Source: Gnetum montanum (lineage: Eukaryota; Plantae; Gnetophyta). From it: a DNA stretch of 64,000 bases. Position numbers and translations under genes: made by a program. The stretch spans positions 1-64,000 of the forward strand of contig MNCI01002657.1 of NCBI GenBank assembly GCA_015680685.1. Reading direction: 5' to 3'. Below are positions 26,075 through 39,638 of this stretch, in pieces; position 1 is the stretch's first letter, and every line of letters begins with the position of its first letter. Below the pieces are notes generated by a model. The model worked only from the letters and a program-made list of their open reading frames with translations, searched no databases and was not told the DNA's origin.

Positions 26075-29000
26075 TGTTGTTACATCGTTTGATTGATCAA
26101 ATGGTCTAATAGGTCAACTAATTCCACCTAAAATCAAATTACTTGAGAGCTTACTAATTTTAGAAGGAAGAAAATGCATCATCCTTAAGGTCAAATGATC
26201 TTCCCATTAGTTTCTTGACCTAAGACTAGTATATAATGATAGAGTCCCATTTCTAAATGCCCAAAGCTAAGAAGGATGGCTACACTGAGATCTCACATTT
26301 TTGCAACAAAACATAGGAGGTTGACCAATGTAGAATTTGATGAATTGATCATAGGTTGATCAAACCTAATTAAGATTGACCAATCAAGGAAAAATTAAAA
26401 AATGAAATACCAAAAAAATCCTTGGAACATTATGAGATGAAAAAAATGTTAAGAAGTAAAGATTACCATTTATCTCCAAGGGTGGAGTGTTAATCTAAGA
26501 ATATCATATCTCTTAGTATTATTAATGCATAGGTGGAGATGGATCATTTAATGAATATTACTATATTACTAGCAATAATCAAGATCAAAGAAAATGAAGG
26601 CAAAAAAGTTTAAACATGTAAGAGAAGAAGCTTGATAGAGAAAAAATATCTTTCATTATATTTCTATGCCCTTATTGTCATATCTCTTGCATGATTTGTG
26701 CTTGTATTGGATGTGCTCTAATGTATTTTGTCACTCCAAAAGCATTAATTCATTTTCCTTTATTTTGAGGTCTAGTTTAAGGATTTTTTCTTTAAAGTAT
26801 TAATTCTAAAGAATTGAGATTGGGAACCATTAATACTAGCACTAGTTTTTTAATGATTTCAAAATTGGAAGGGTAGGAGAAGAAGATATTGAATAGCCCT
26901 ATAGAATGAACTAGGCACAAGATAAACCACTATTATTTTTATGTGCACTATTCATTTTATTTAATTATTTATTTTATTTTTAATCTTAGTTTAGATGTTC
27001 TTTAGTTAGATTTATTTAAATATTTATAGGTATATTTTTTTTTGTTTGTTTTATTTTAAATTATACAAATTTAATTAAGACATCTAATTCACCCCCTAGA
27101 AGATTTGAGATTTGATCTAAAGTTAGTATCAAAGCATTATCTCTTCAATAGTAGATTTACCGCTATCAAGAGTTTATATTTGTTTTATCATTTCCATTAT
27201 AGGTTTATAATCTACTCACAATTATTCTTTCTTTAATGGATCAAACTATAATAATTAGAAGGCAAGGATGAAATATTTCTTATAGCTCTAGGATTTTAAT
27301 ATTTGTATTTTAGTTGTACATGGTTAATTTGGAGTCACAAAGATTCACACAATGATAAGTGGAAATTCCTACACAATGCAAAAACCTATCAAAAGTTAGA
27401 TAGATGATGATCAAAAGGAACATGTGAAAAATTCTAAGACCCTAAATGTTTTCTACTATGCTCTATGCCTAAAAGAATTCAGCCAAAGTATCAGTTATAA
27501 AACATGCAAGAAGATTTGGAATCTCCTTAATTCTATACATTAGGATATTTCTTTGGTTAAGCAATCCAAGACATAAGTTCTTAGTCATAAGTTTATGATT
27601 CTAAAGATGACAGAAGTGAAATCCTAAAGGATTATTTCATTAGAGCCACTAAAATTACAAATTCTATTAAAGAACTTAATGAAAACTACTCTAATTTAAG
27701 AATTTTTCAACAAGTCTTGGGAAGCCTTCTAAAAAACTTTTATGATAAAGTAAAAATCTTCCTTGAAGTAAGAGATAGCAATCTCATGAAGGTTGACAAC
27801 CTCCAAGGTAGCTTGGAAACTTATGGAATGTCACTTTAAGAGGATAATGATGTTCAATAATCAAATAAGAACATTGTACTAAAATATTCTAATGATGTTA
27901 AAGGTGATAACTTGAATAACTTTAATGAGGAAGAACTATCTCTCCTATCATGGAAATTTATCATGCTTCTCAAGAGAAAATACAATAGAAAAAGAACTTT
28001 CAATAATCACAAGAATACTTAGAAGAAGAGTGACATTTAGTATTATTATTATCATGCCTATGGTCACATTATAGTTCAATGTTCAAGGAATAAAAAGAAA
28101 GAGAAAATTTATAAAGAAAAAAGGAATCTATGCTCTTGGGATGAATGAGAGAAGTCCTCATCTAATAATGAGATAAATGAAGAATGTAACCTTATTCTCA
28201 CAATAGCTCTTAAAGGAGAAGTTCAACCTATTGAAGAAGAGAAGAGCATGAACAAAGAAATAAGTTATGAACTACATCTAAATTCCTTTCATCAAACTCC
28301 AAAGTATCTTCATAAAGATAAAGAGAAAAGCCTATGAATAAGAATTAAATTTTGAAGCTTCAGTTTTTGAACTTCAAGAGAAATAGACTCCTTAGTGTGA
28401 TTTATATGCAAGTTGTAGTATTTTCCAAAAGTGTATAAAGAAGAGAGAGACACAGCTTCAAGAAAAAGAAAAAGAAATCAAAAGCTACCTTAAGCAACTC
28501 ACTTACTCTAAAGTCACTATTGGGCATCAAGCCCAAGAAATTGCAAATCTTCAAAGTGATCTTTAGAAATTTACCTAAGGGAGTATTTGTTTGAACACGA
28601 TGATGAGAAACTCAAAGAAATTTGGTAATAAATTAGATCTTTAATACAAGCCAACATGACCTACATTTATAATACAAGATAAGTGGAATTATCTTTCAAG
28701 GTATAAATTATTTTTTAGAAACTCATACATTCAATGATTTTATTACTATAATTATGGTCACATATAATATTATTATACATATAGAAAATATTATGGCTAT
28801 CATAATATAATATTTTTGCAATCTAACCTAGGTAACTATAAGAATATAGTACAAAACCATAAAAATAGGAGAGTACACATGCCTAAAATCATATTACACA
28901 AGGTAGATGTTAAAGAAAAATATATATTTGATCCAACTCCTTCTAATCAAATTGAATATAGAAAAAGAGAGTTGGAATATGGACCTTGTCTAAACTGACC

Positions 29001-29380
29001 CAATCATGTAATTATCTCAATCTACATTGGGAGGGTTCATGGTTTATTCTTAGAGTAGAATAGTTGCAAATTTTCATTTTAAGTAGTTTTGGATACTATT
29101 ATTTTTCCCTATAACTACTCTATGTTTTGCCTTGCATTTTTGTGGTTACTCTAGTGTTGTAAGATTAATTATACACTATTTAAGTTAACCATATATTTTA
29201 GTGGATTGATTGACCTTTGTGTAGTTTTATACCTATTTTAAATACCTAGCTTGACTAGATGTTTCCTTGGTTGACTAAATGCTAGTTCATCAAATCTTTG
29301 ATAGGTCAACTATCTATACGATAATCCAATTTTTTAAATTTTTTAACTCTAATGATAGATAAACTAGATTTATAATAGAT
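26075..29380 (+). mobile_element. Truncated SIRE element (5' LTR ~26075-27120, PBS, gag)
   Basis: Starts TGTTG. attcaccccct lies near the LTR end, followed by the PBS tagtatcaaagc (27124-27135) and gag FNGSNYNN*KARMKYFL at ~27230. Confidence 0.8.
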
Positions 29381-29389
29381 TAACCAATG

Positions 29390-31030
29390 ATACAATGGAA
29401 AAACTTGGGTTCTAGAAGCTAAAAATTCCCTAAACGAATAGTTTAATCTCATAATCTATGATCCTAAAAGATCAGAGGTATCATAGATGATCTTGTTGAT
29501 CACCAAAGGACTTAAAAATCTATTACTGGCCAAACATAATTAGGAATAAATAATAATGAATGCATAAAAAATCAAATCGCTAGATCCACAAATGATGAAA
29601 TACCAATACATTAGAAATGGAAAGGAAATAGCTGAAAATACTACAAACTTATCTTAAATGTGAAATAAAAAGTTTAGAAAATATAGATTTAAGCACCATT
29701 TCTAAAAGCTAGAGGAATCTTTGATTTGAATGCAAGCTTTGTAGAAGAGATGTCTAAAGTCTCCAATCTACACTTAAGCTTTGTAGAAGATGCCTCAAAA
29801 GTCTCTGATCTACACTTGATGCACAAGAGGCCTCAGAAGTCTCCAATTCTACACCCAAGCTTGATGACTCTATCACCAAAGAATGGCTACTATGTATCTT
29901 AGAAGCTAAAAGTTTCATCGTTGATGGTAAGGCTACTACAATGCTTTAGAGCATGGAAGGGTGAGGTATGCCCTTTGTGATCACAAAAAGTGATCTTCTC
30001 TACTTGTTCTCTACTGCTAGAAGATCCTTTGAAAATTATGTCAACAAGTCTTGAAAATAATCTTAGTTTTCACTTTTATAGGCAATCAACCTACATTTTT
30101 ACATTGATTTTCCACATCGTAACTACCCATCATTACTTAACCAATAACAGCATAATTCCATTAGACTATTTTTTGGTTTACATTAGCTAGTATAATTTTT
30201 AATGTATTTTTGATTTACACTATGAACTCATGACTAGCATAATTATCAGCATATTTTTGATTTGTGCTATTAATTATGCTTTGCATTATAAGTTAAGCCT
30301 AAAATGATTTGGCATGAAGATGCCTTAGAATCACAATGAAACAAGGTTCAATAGAGAATTTCTATGAAGGATCCAAGGCACTTCTTTAACTCTTGGTCCT
30401 AAATCCAAGTTACATCAAAAGTTACATGAAAGGGATTAAAGCTCTCCTCTTTTTGATCTAACCATGCCATAAGCCTTCCCTATTTATAATCAAATTTCCT
30501 TTGAGGTGTTTCATTTTCCCCTCTTTTTTGATGTTTAGAGGACTATTCTAAAAGACGTCAACAAAAAATATGAAACACAACTATAGGTTTACTACAAATG
30601 TTTCTCTCGTCACATCTTATTTCATAGATGTTGAGTCATGCTAGTGAGTACTTGTAGTGGTGAGGTAACATTAAGACAATAAATATAAGGGTTCATGGCC
30701 AATATGGATAGTAAATATTCAGAGTAATATATTTTTGCTAGACGTTCATGTAGAAATGATAAAATAGAGGACAAGAAATTTTGAGTGTGCTAATGTTACC
30801 AGTATACTAATAGTATTCATACCTTAGTGATATACCCATTTTCTAATAATTATCTATGATTTATGCTTTATTTTCTAGTTATTCATGTTTCAAGAAACTA
30901 GTGTTTTAATATGGGTCACTTTGGCCACTTTGCTTTTTTTAAGAGCCATTGTTTTGCTATAGGTTACTTTGGTCACTTGGCTTTTCTTCTTTTTCTTTTT
31001 AAATAAAATCCTCTTTAGGTTTCAATGCCA
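29390..31030 (-). mobile_element. Tat-like LTR (to ~30596) plus adjacent 3' internal sequence
   Basis: Colinear with 5430-7585. LTR end actaca is followed by aatgtttctctc. Confidence 0.65.
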
Positions 31031-34000
31031 AGTCTAGTGATCATGCTTGATAGGGCATCATGAACCTCGATGAACTAGGTAATAGGTATTGGGGCATATC
31101 ATATAATAAGAATACAAAGACATCATAGATGGGGCTCATCATAAGTTTAGTATCAAGGGATGAATTTGGTGTATGCTTGTAGCTTAGAAGGAATAGCACA
31201 AAGTAAAACACCACCAAAATTTCATGTTGGAAATTGTAATTTCATTTCCCAACTTGAGGCAAGATTTCATTGTAAATGTAATTTTGTAGTCCATGAGATA
31301 CAATCTTGCATGCTTTAGGTTGTGAGACTAAAAAATGCCTCTAACGTTATTATTTCCTCACTTCCCAGGTGGAAAAAGGTTCCTCACGTCTATATTTGAG
31401 CTTGGAGAGGCTAGAAATGCCCTGGGAATGGCCAAAATTAGCATTTTCATGGGTTTTCATAGGGGTATAGCCTCAACTACGTTGGAACCATCTACTCCTA
31501 GGTGTAGATGGAATAAATGGGATTTTTCATTTCCAACCTAATGTAGTCACCACCAAAGCCCAAAGAAGATGCAACATTGGAACTATTGGGATTTTCAATT
31601 TTTGAATTGGTGGGATTTTCCATTTCCATTTTTCCAACAGTAGCCATTGTAGGCATCCCAAGTCTTCAGCAACTACAGCATGACCAATGTAGACATCAAT
31701 TCCATCAATTCTAGACATTCTAGTAGTTTCCAACATTTCCCATAATTTTCAACATTTTCCAACAACTTCAACATAGTCCACCAAGGCCAACATAGTTGGG
31801 ATGGTATCTATGTAGTCACAAAATTTCATTTACTATTTATAGTAAATGGATGGGCTTTNTACAAAATTTCATTTACTATTTATAGTAAATGGATGGGCTT
31901 TGGTGTCTATAGTGTATTCCAAACTTATTATAAATGAAAACTATGCTGAAATTTGTAATTGTTACCACCTTCAAATTGACATCAATTTATCAATAATCAT
32001 GATAGGGATGTGCAAGCCCCAAAAATAGCAATTCCACACCTATACCCAATGTAGACACCTTATTCTCATTCCACCACTTTTTGGCATAGCAACATCATGA
32101 GTTATTACATAGCCTAAAAGCACTTTGCATCCAAAGAGCCTTGTGACCTTGCAACCCCTTTTGGCAGCAAAAACTAGTATCTATGTTGGGCATAGGAACT
32201 CCCACATAATACCATTTCACCAAAGGTGGAACACCAATCAATGATCACAATTGTTAATCCTAGTTGAAACCAGTGTAGAGTTGCTAGAAACTAGAGTTAG
32301 GAAGAATCTAGATCATGGAGTTGACATAGAAAATAGCCTACAAGCTCCAACAGACTTCAAACTCCTTCAAGCAACTTCTTGTGCACCTAGCATAAAATAT
32401 GTACTTTCCAACCTACCACTTTATTTTTCATTTTGATAAAGTCATAGTTCATTGTTATGGATATCTGAATTCACATTTTCATTTCTATGTCTTTTTCCAT
32501 TCCGAATCTACAATTCCATTTCCATTTAAGGTTACATTTCCATTTTTGTTTAAGTTTACATTTTCATTTTTGTTCATGTTTACGTGATCATTTTACACTT
32601 TTTAAGTTCTTGGGTGATCGAATAGACCATCCAGGGTGCTTTGAATTTCATTTCTAGATACCCTTGGGATTCAAGGCTAAAACAATTTCAATGCTTGGGA
32701 TATTCTAGTTTACATTCTACCAATAAAGTTTTCCAAGTCCAATAGTTTTCTGGTGCTAGAAATTCTTAATCATTAATTCTTTTCCAATCCTTTTCCAATA
32801 CCAAGTTTGATACATTTCCAACTCTAAGATCCAATTCCTTTAGTCCATTAAGACTAACTTTTGTCGCCCAAACCCTTTTACACATACCTCAGTATAGTTG
32901 TGGTAGTTAAATTAGATGTTTCCACTATATTTTCATAGTAGTTGTTGGATTCCTTGGAACTAGCATGGTCCAAATCTAAGCTCAATTCCATTCTAAAAGC
33001 CTTATTCCATTCTGAAAGCCACTTTTCATATCAAAATCTAGTTTTCATTTCAAAAGCCTTATTTCATTCTAGAAGTCCATGTCCATTTGAAAAGTTCATT
33101 TTTGTTGAGAAAGCCCAATTCTCTTGCTAGGAAACCAATTTCTTCCATTTTCACCACTCATCATAGTTTTTTCCACTACCTTTCCATTTATAACTAACTA
33201 TGTTAGTGGATTATCCCACTTATTACATTTTTATTAATGATAGTAAAACAGCTAAAACTACATTTTCAACATGTCATTTAACCAGTCTACCATTTTACCC
33301 TTTAACTTCACCAATAATGAATCTAGTCAGCATGCCAAAAGGATCTATGATCCCAAGGACCCCCACCATAGAAAAATGTAGGCAATCCTTAAGGCTTAGG
33401 GGGCAAAGTCCCAAGTTTTCAATGATAAATGAATATTACTATAACTTTGTTTGTGTGAAAATTTAGGCTAGCATGCTGATTCTAAGAATGGAAGTAGAAG
33501 CAAAATGGGAATACGAGCTTATCCACTAAGATGGAAAGGAATACATCCCCTTCCCATATGATAAAATACCCCTAACAAAAACCTATGTGTACATCCTATT
33601 TCAACTGATCAAGATGGACAAAGAGGAGGAAAAAGCTAGCTTAGACAAGCAACAAGAGGAATAGGATGAGTTTAGAACAAAGTTTGAACATGAGAACATC
33701 ATAGATGGGCTTTTCCAATAGGCAACTCCTAAAGCCACCTTTTCCACATCCACCCCTCTCACCTCTTCCATGGGGTATGTCCCTCAATATTCATCTCCTC
33801 TTTATCCGACCATGTTTGAGTCCATGCCTATGATAGCAACGCATCAAATACAATCAATGTGACAATCAACTACCTTTGACTTCTTCATGTCTTTCACCAC
33901 AAAGCCTCAATATGTGCAACCATCATTAGTAGTTGTCACCACCACTATCCCTCTTGCCACCTAGATGGGGCCCACCATGGAACCTTTCACAACCCAAGTG

Positions 34001-37000
34001 TTACATATCCCTTTTGTCCCATTTGTGTCCCAGATACTAGCACAAACTTCTTTCTCTTTATTTAGTCCATTAGCCATTATGATGACACAACCTCTTCCCT
34101 TGGTGCTACAACCGATAGGGAGGCCACAAGCATTCTAACAAATCTCACAACCTTTTGTGTAGATCCCATATCCAACAAGGGTACTATAAGGCCTGGATCA
34201 AACCTTTCAGATAATCCCAAAACCTAACTAAAGAGTTAAAAAGGCTTAAGACCTCTACTTCCTAGACCATCAAAATCATGAACTTCTATTAGGAAGATCC
34301 CATCAGTCCTATGGTTCCACCTCTAACTCTTACCCTTGGTGTCCCCATACCATAGTTTTCAAAGTATAATGGTGAAGGTAATCCAAACTTTCATCTTGTA
34401 ATCCTTCACTCCAAGTGCTTGTTATTACAAGCTTGACCACATAAGATAATGGAATATTACCTATGTCCCTTATAGGAAATGCCCTTAATTAGTTCTGTAC
34501 CCTACCAAGAGGATTCATATCCTCTTTAGAAGACTTGATTTTACAATTCATTAACCATTTAAGTACAACTTGAAGCCTAATAACATCCTTGACAAGCAAA
34601 TGAAGGTTAAGCAAGGACCTCTTAAACTAGTGCAAACATTTATCCAATGGTAGAATGGTTTTCTTAATGAGATACCAAAAGCTATAGCTGAAACTCACCT
34701 TTTAGCTATATTCAAGGGGATAATTAACAATTTCATCAATTCACAGTTGTACTACCTAGATCTATCATCACTAAGTTAGGCCTTCTCCTAGACTAAAAAC
34801 ATAGAGGATTTTGTGAAGGATAGACACGATCCTTCCTACTTGGCATATAAATACCAACACACACTAAATGATAAGGAGACAAGAAGGAAAAATAACATGG
34901 CTATGGTAGCTGTATCCAAAAAGAGAAAGACAACTAATCAAAGGCCAAGAACTAACTAACTCAAGGCCCCTGCCAACAACCATAATAACCAACCATCGAC
35001 ATCTAGGGCCTCTACATCAACTACTTCAAGGCCCAAATTTGAGAAAAAATACCTGATGAAATACACTAGGTTACTCTTAAAGGCATTAGAATTATTAGAC
35101 TAATTGTTAAAGAGTGGAGAATACAATATAAAAAAATGATGAAAAATGCATGTAAGAGGCATGAGAGGATATGTGAGATAGCCAAAGACCCCGCTCAAGC
35201 AATAAAAAATGACCCTCCAATGCCTAGGTATTTTAAGCTCAATCACTTTTACCATTATCATCAATTGCTAGGTCATGATATCGAGTTTTTCCTTGTGCTA
35301 AAGGATGAATTGCAAAAGATGATAGATAAGGATGAACTGGTGCTTGATGCATCCAACTCAGTTAGACCTCAAAATCAGTCAATGAACATTTGTAAAGACT
35401 TGTTGAAAATAATAGCCCATACACCAAAGCACATTCAATATTAGCTATGATCCAAGGCTTATGAGAAAACCATTTGTGATTTGGGTACCTCCTTGCAACG
35501 AAAGGGGTCCTTCAAATTTTGTTAGTTCAAGGTCCTCTTTTGTTGTAGGGGTACCATCACCAACATCCCCCAAAGAGTCTTTTGTAATTAGAGTTCCCCA
35601 ACCCATTCTAACTAAGTCCACCCATGTAACTAAACAAAGATAATAAGAAATCTCCAACCAAACAGTAGAAGAAACCTTGGAAAAATCCCAAGAACAAGAA
35701 CAATAAGGAAGCCAAGGGTTGAAAGTAAGTGGGCCCATCAAATCCCACTCCCATATCATCTATGTCTATGACCTTAACTACCCATGTTGCTTTAACCAAT
35801 ACACCACAAGAGGAGCCTAAGCACCAAGACAAAGGGAAAGAGGCTAGGCCTCAACAACCTAAACATGAAGTTCACATTTTGGGTTGAATGGAGGAAGTTA
35901 AGAATAATAAGAACATAAAACCAAAACCAACAAAAAATACTTCCTTAATGCAATGGAATAGGTTAAGCAGTCTCTAAAACAAAAGAATACAACCTTAATC
36001 TTGTATGACCTAGTCATGACTTTTGCCACACATCGTGAAGTACTATTTAGGATGCTGACCTCTTTTCCCATTAGCAAGGAAATCCTCTCTAATGAAGAAT
36101 CCATCCATGAAGTGATGATACCTTTTTCACCTAGGGAAGAAAGATCAACATCACTAGTGTTTTGTGATAGTGAAATCAAGATAAACTCCAAAAATAGGAA
36201 GGTAACCAAGGTACCCATCTTCATAACCATATGGGTTGGATAATATAAAGTCCATAGGATGCATGTTGATGGTGGATTAGCAAAAAAACATTATATCTTA
36301 CACCATCATTAAGCATTTGGACCTGACAAAACAAATGCAACATACAACAAGTTCAGCCCTTAAATCCTTTAATGGGTCATGGGTTGCTATCAAAGGATTC
36401 ATCTCCCTAGATTTTGTGGTACCCATAATAGAAAGCTTCTTAGTAGTAGAAGAAACACCAGGATTCAACCTTATCATGGGAAGATCTTAACTAGTTTAAT
36501 TACGAGTTGTGGCTTTACCTATCCACTAAGAAATTAACCTACCTTAGGAGGGAGGTGAAATAATCATTCATGGTGATAGTGCAATCCGTCTAGTGGTTAA
36601 CAACATTGATGTAGAACAAAGGTCCAAAGTGGAGTTTCAGGATGAAACTCTTACCTTTAGCCACAAAATCAAAGAGTCCAAGGTGACAAAAGAGGCCAAG
36701 ACAAACAACAATGAAATCATTGACACATCATGTGGAAAGCTCACTTTTAACATCATTAGCAAAGGGGATGGGAAATACATGCTTGTGCAACATAGATCGT
36801 ACACATTTACTAATCTTTTAAAGATTAGAAAACATCTACACAAGTGATGTATACCCCTAGTCCTCCTACCCCATGTGCTTATGACCATGTAACCATATGT
36901 ACTTATAGCCTTTTAGCCTAGTTTACATTTTACCTTTCTTTATGTTAAAGTTAGATTTTCATATAGCTAAAAGTTTACTTTGGTTTTGCATTTTTACATT

Positions 37001-39630
37001 TAAAGATTTTTTTTCTATTTATTAAAAACAAAATATTTATAAAAATTTTAAAACATGAAAAAATATAGAAACATTTTTATGTTTTGCTTTATCATACGAC
37101 CTACTAAGACCTTAAAATGGTAGAAATATGAGGCTAGCCATGGCCTAAAACTGGAAAGTCCTATGGTCTACCATGGCCTAAAATTGGTAAACAATGTCAT
37201 AACTTATTTTGTGATTTATCTTATAGCCTTATTACCTTGCTGTTTCAACCTTTTTACTATATTACAGCCAAGATAGCCAATGTAGCCTTAAACCATAGTT
37301 ATAACATAAAACCATAAAAATCGTAATATGCATAAAACAATAATGATATAGCCAAACTAAAAATTAAACTTAATATTAAAATGTTTACAAAAAATATCCA
37401 TGGCCATATGGTATGGCAAAAATGTTTAAACAATAAATCAAAAATAATGAAATTATCCACCACTAAATATTTGGGTCACATTAGCCATAACAAAATTAGC
37501 ATCGTATGTCATCCACAAGAATAACTAAAAATAGACAACTTGGAGATTAGGAGGCAACTTGAGAAGGAGGTGAAGGGTCATTTCCACCTTTACTACTAAG
37601 GCTGCAGGTATCATCTAATGCCTATAACATGATATACAAGATCAATTAGTAATCAACATACAACAAAAATCAAGTTAGAACATAAATATATAACCAAAAA
37701 TATATAAATTGAAAATAAGCATACTTGAGAGTGTTCTAGTGTAGCATACTCTATGGGGAAAGTCTAAAGACCAACCTCTAGATTGTGAAGGAGTTGGTCT
37801 TCAATCACGTTGGCCTAGTCTATGTCCTCAAGATTAACATTGGTAAGGATGTTGCTATCATTGACATCAATCCAAGTGTATGGCTAATCTGAGAAGGCAG
37901 TGGTGGTTACCTCCCTTGAGGTAGTAGTCATATGATGAATAGGGAAATTGGCCATGATCAACTATCTACAAAAAACTTGTAGACTTTCTCTGCATGGATT
38001 CCCTTCATAAACAACTCTAATTGGTGTCATTTTGTAGATTCATCTTGCAACGACTTAAGCTAGGAATCTTGCTTAGCCTTGTATTAGCTCTTATGATCCC
38101 TTTGCACTCGGCCCCATGCAAGGACCCAAGTGCTATAGTCCTTCCATTCATTAGCCTTATAGTTTATCAAATCAATCTAAAGCTTCTATTCCACTACCTC
38201 TCAGGAAAGGGCAACCTTGCCATGAATAGCATTCCAATAGTGGGTCCAAGTTATTTCTTTGGTATGCAAGAAGTCCTTGTTTTTCACTTTGGCCTCCATG
38301 AAATCCTTGAGATCCTTTAGCTTCTCTTTCAACTACTTGTTCTGCTCCTTTAATGCCACAACTTGTTCCCACAAGAACTCATTAAAGCTTCTGCACTCCC
38401 ACAAAGATTTTGCAAATGAGAGTGCACATCCAGTGGCATCCTTGTACACATTACATGGGACATTTTCTACATTAGGCAATAAAGTAGGTAGCACATCGAT
38501 CTCTATGACCTAGTTAGGATCCCATCTCAACTTAGACATTGTTAATAACAAACATCATAAGAAAATAAACCAAACAAAGAACATGGAGATTCAAAGATTG
38601 AATTTCAAAATTCAAGAAAAAACATACGTCAATCCTTTGAAATAGAAGTATCTTCTACACCAACATGATATGTGTATCTAATGGATAAAAACTTGATTAT
38701 CATTAATATTAAATAGAAAAATAAATACAAACACAAATCACTAAGGATGATAAATACAAAATCTACAGTCATCCACAAACTCAATCATTGGGAAGATACC
38801 CCATCTTGAGTTAGGAATTGATAAGTTCATTTTTATATTTCTTTTAATAATTTGTTTACATTTTATAACTTCTTAATATTTTATCAATATTTTTTAGTTT
38901 TTTTTTCTTACTATATTTTCTATTCCTTAATATTTATCATTTCTTCAATAACTTTCTTTTTTATTTGAGTCATTTTTCTTATGTCTTGTGCATATTTTTA
39001 ATCATTATTTGTTCATAAAGTTTTCAACTATGTACAAGAAACAACTATATGAGTTCTATGTTATTAAAGTTTTGGTGTAGTTATGCATACTAGTGAGATC
39101 ACAATATTCATTCCTTCATTTCCATTAATAATAGATCCTGACCATGGGAATAATGTGGTCCATATCACATCCAAAACTGAAATGAGCCCATAATTATTTG
39201 ATCTTGAATAAATAAGGAAGAAAGAAGATGATGGGATAAGGATGTGATATCAAGAGGATTTGTTGATGGACTTTCAATCTAGATACCACTTTTCCCATAT
39301 TGATGCATTATCACTCATATTTTCTTATCTTTAGAAAATCATAATTGGACATATTTATTCCCTTGTTCCATCACTAGAAAGGCAGGTGATCCATGCCTAA
39401 AGGTAACTTCATGAACAGTATAACAAAAAAATTAACTCATTCATTCATTCATATGAAAACATTCTTAGAATACTAATGGAAAGATGTATAACCCATGCCC
39501 AAAGGTGCTTCTCTACCTAATGATCAATATTTATAACATTAATATGAATGATTAATTAAATATTTTTAGTAAACCAAAAAATTTCAAATTTTTATTGTTG
39601 AGTGATGTTGTTTACAGTATGATGGCTAGT
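31030..39630 (+). mobile_element. Tat/Ogre-like Gypsy: LTR part, gag-protease, 3' region, no RT/INT
   Basis: U5-like segment 32590-32700. Gag motifs FSKYNGEGNP (~34360) and YHYHQLLGHD (~35250). Protease VHRMHVDGG (~36250). 32-bp units at 37100-37190. Confidence 0.78.
33330..36850 (+). pseudogene. gag-protease polyprotein remnant
   Basis: ORF fragments 33200-33466 (RQSLRLRGQSP), 35136-35444, 36001-36243 and 36593-36847 fall in gag-to-protease order. Confidence 0.8.
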
Positions 39631-39638
39631 AGATCTCA

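Noticed and set aside
31818-31901. Perfect ~41-bp direct duplication
   Set aside because: It flanks a single N, which indicates a contig-overlap artefact.
32751-32766. tggtgctagaaa as the PBS of the Tat-like element
   Set aside because: The match is too short and the LTR end could not be fixed.
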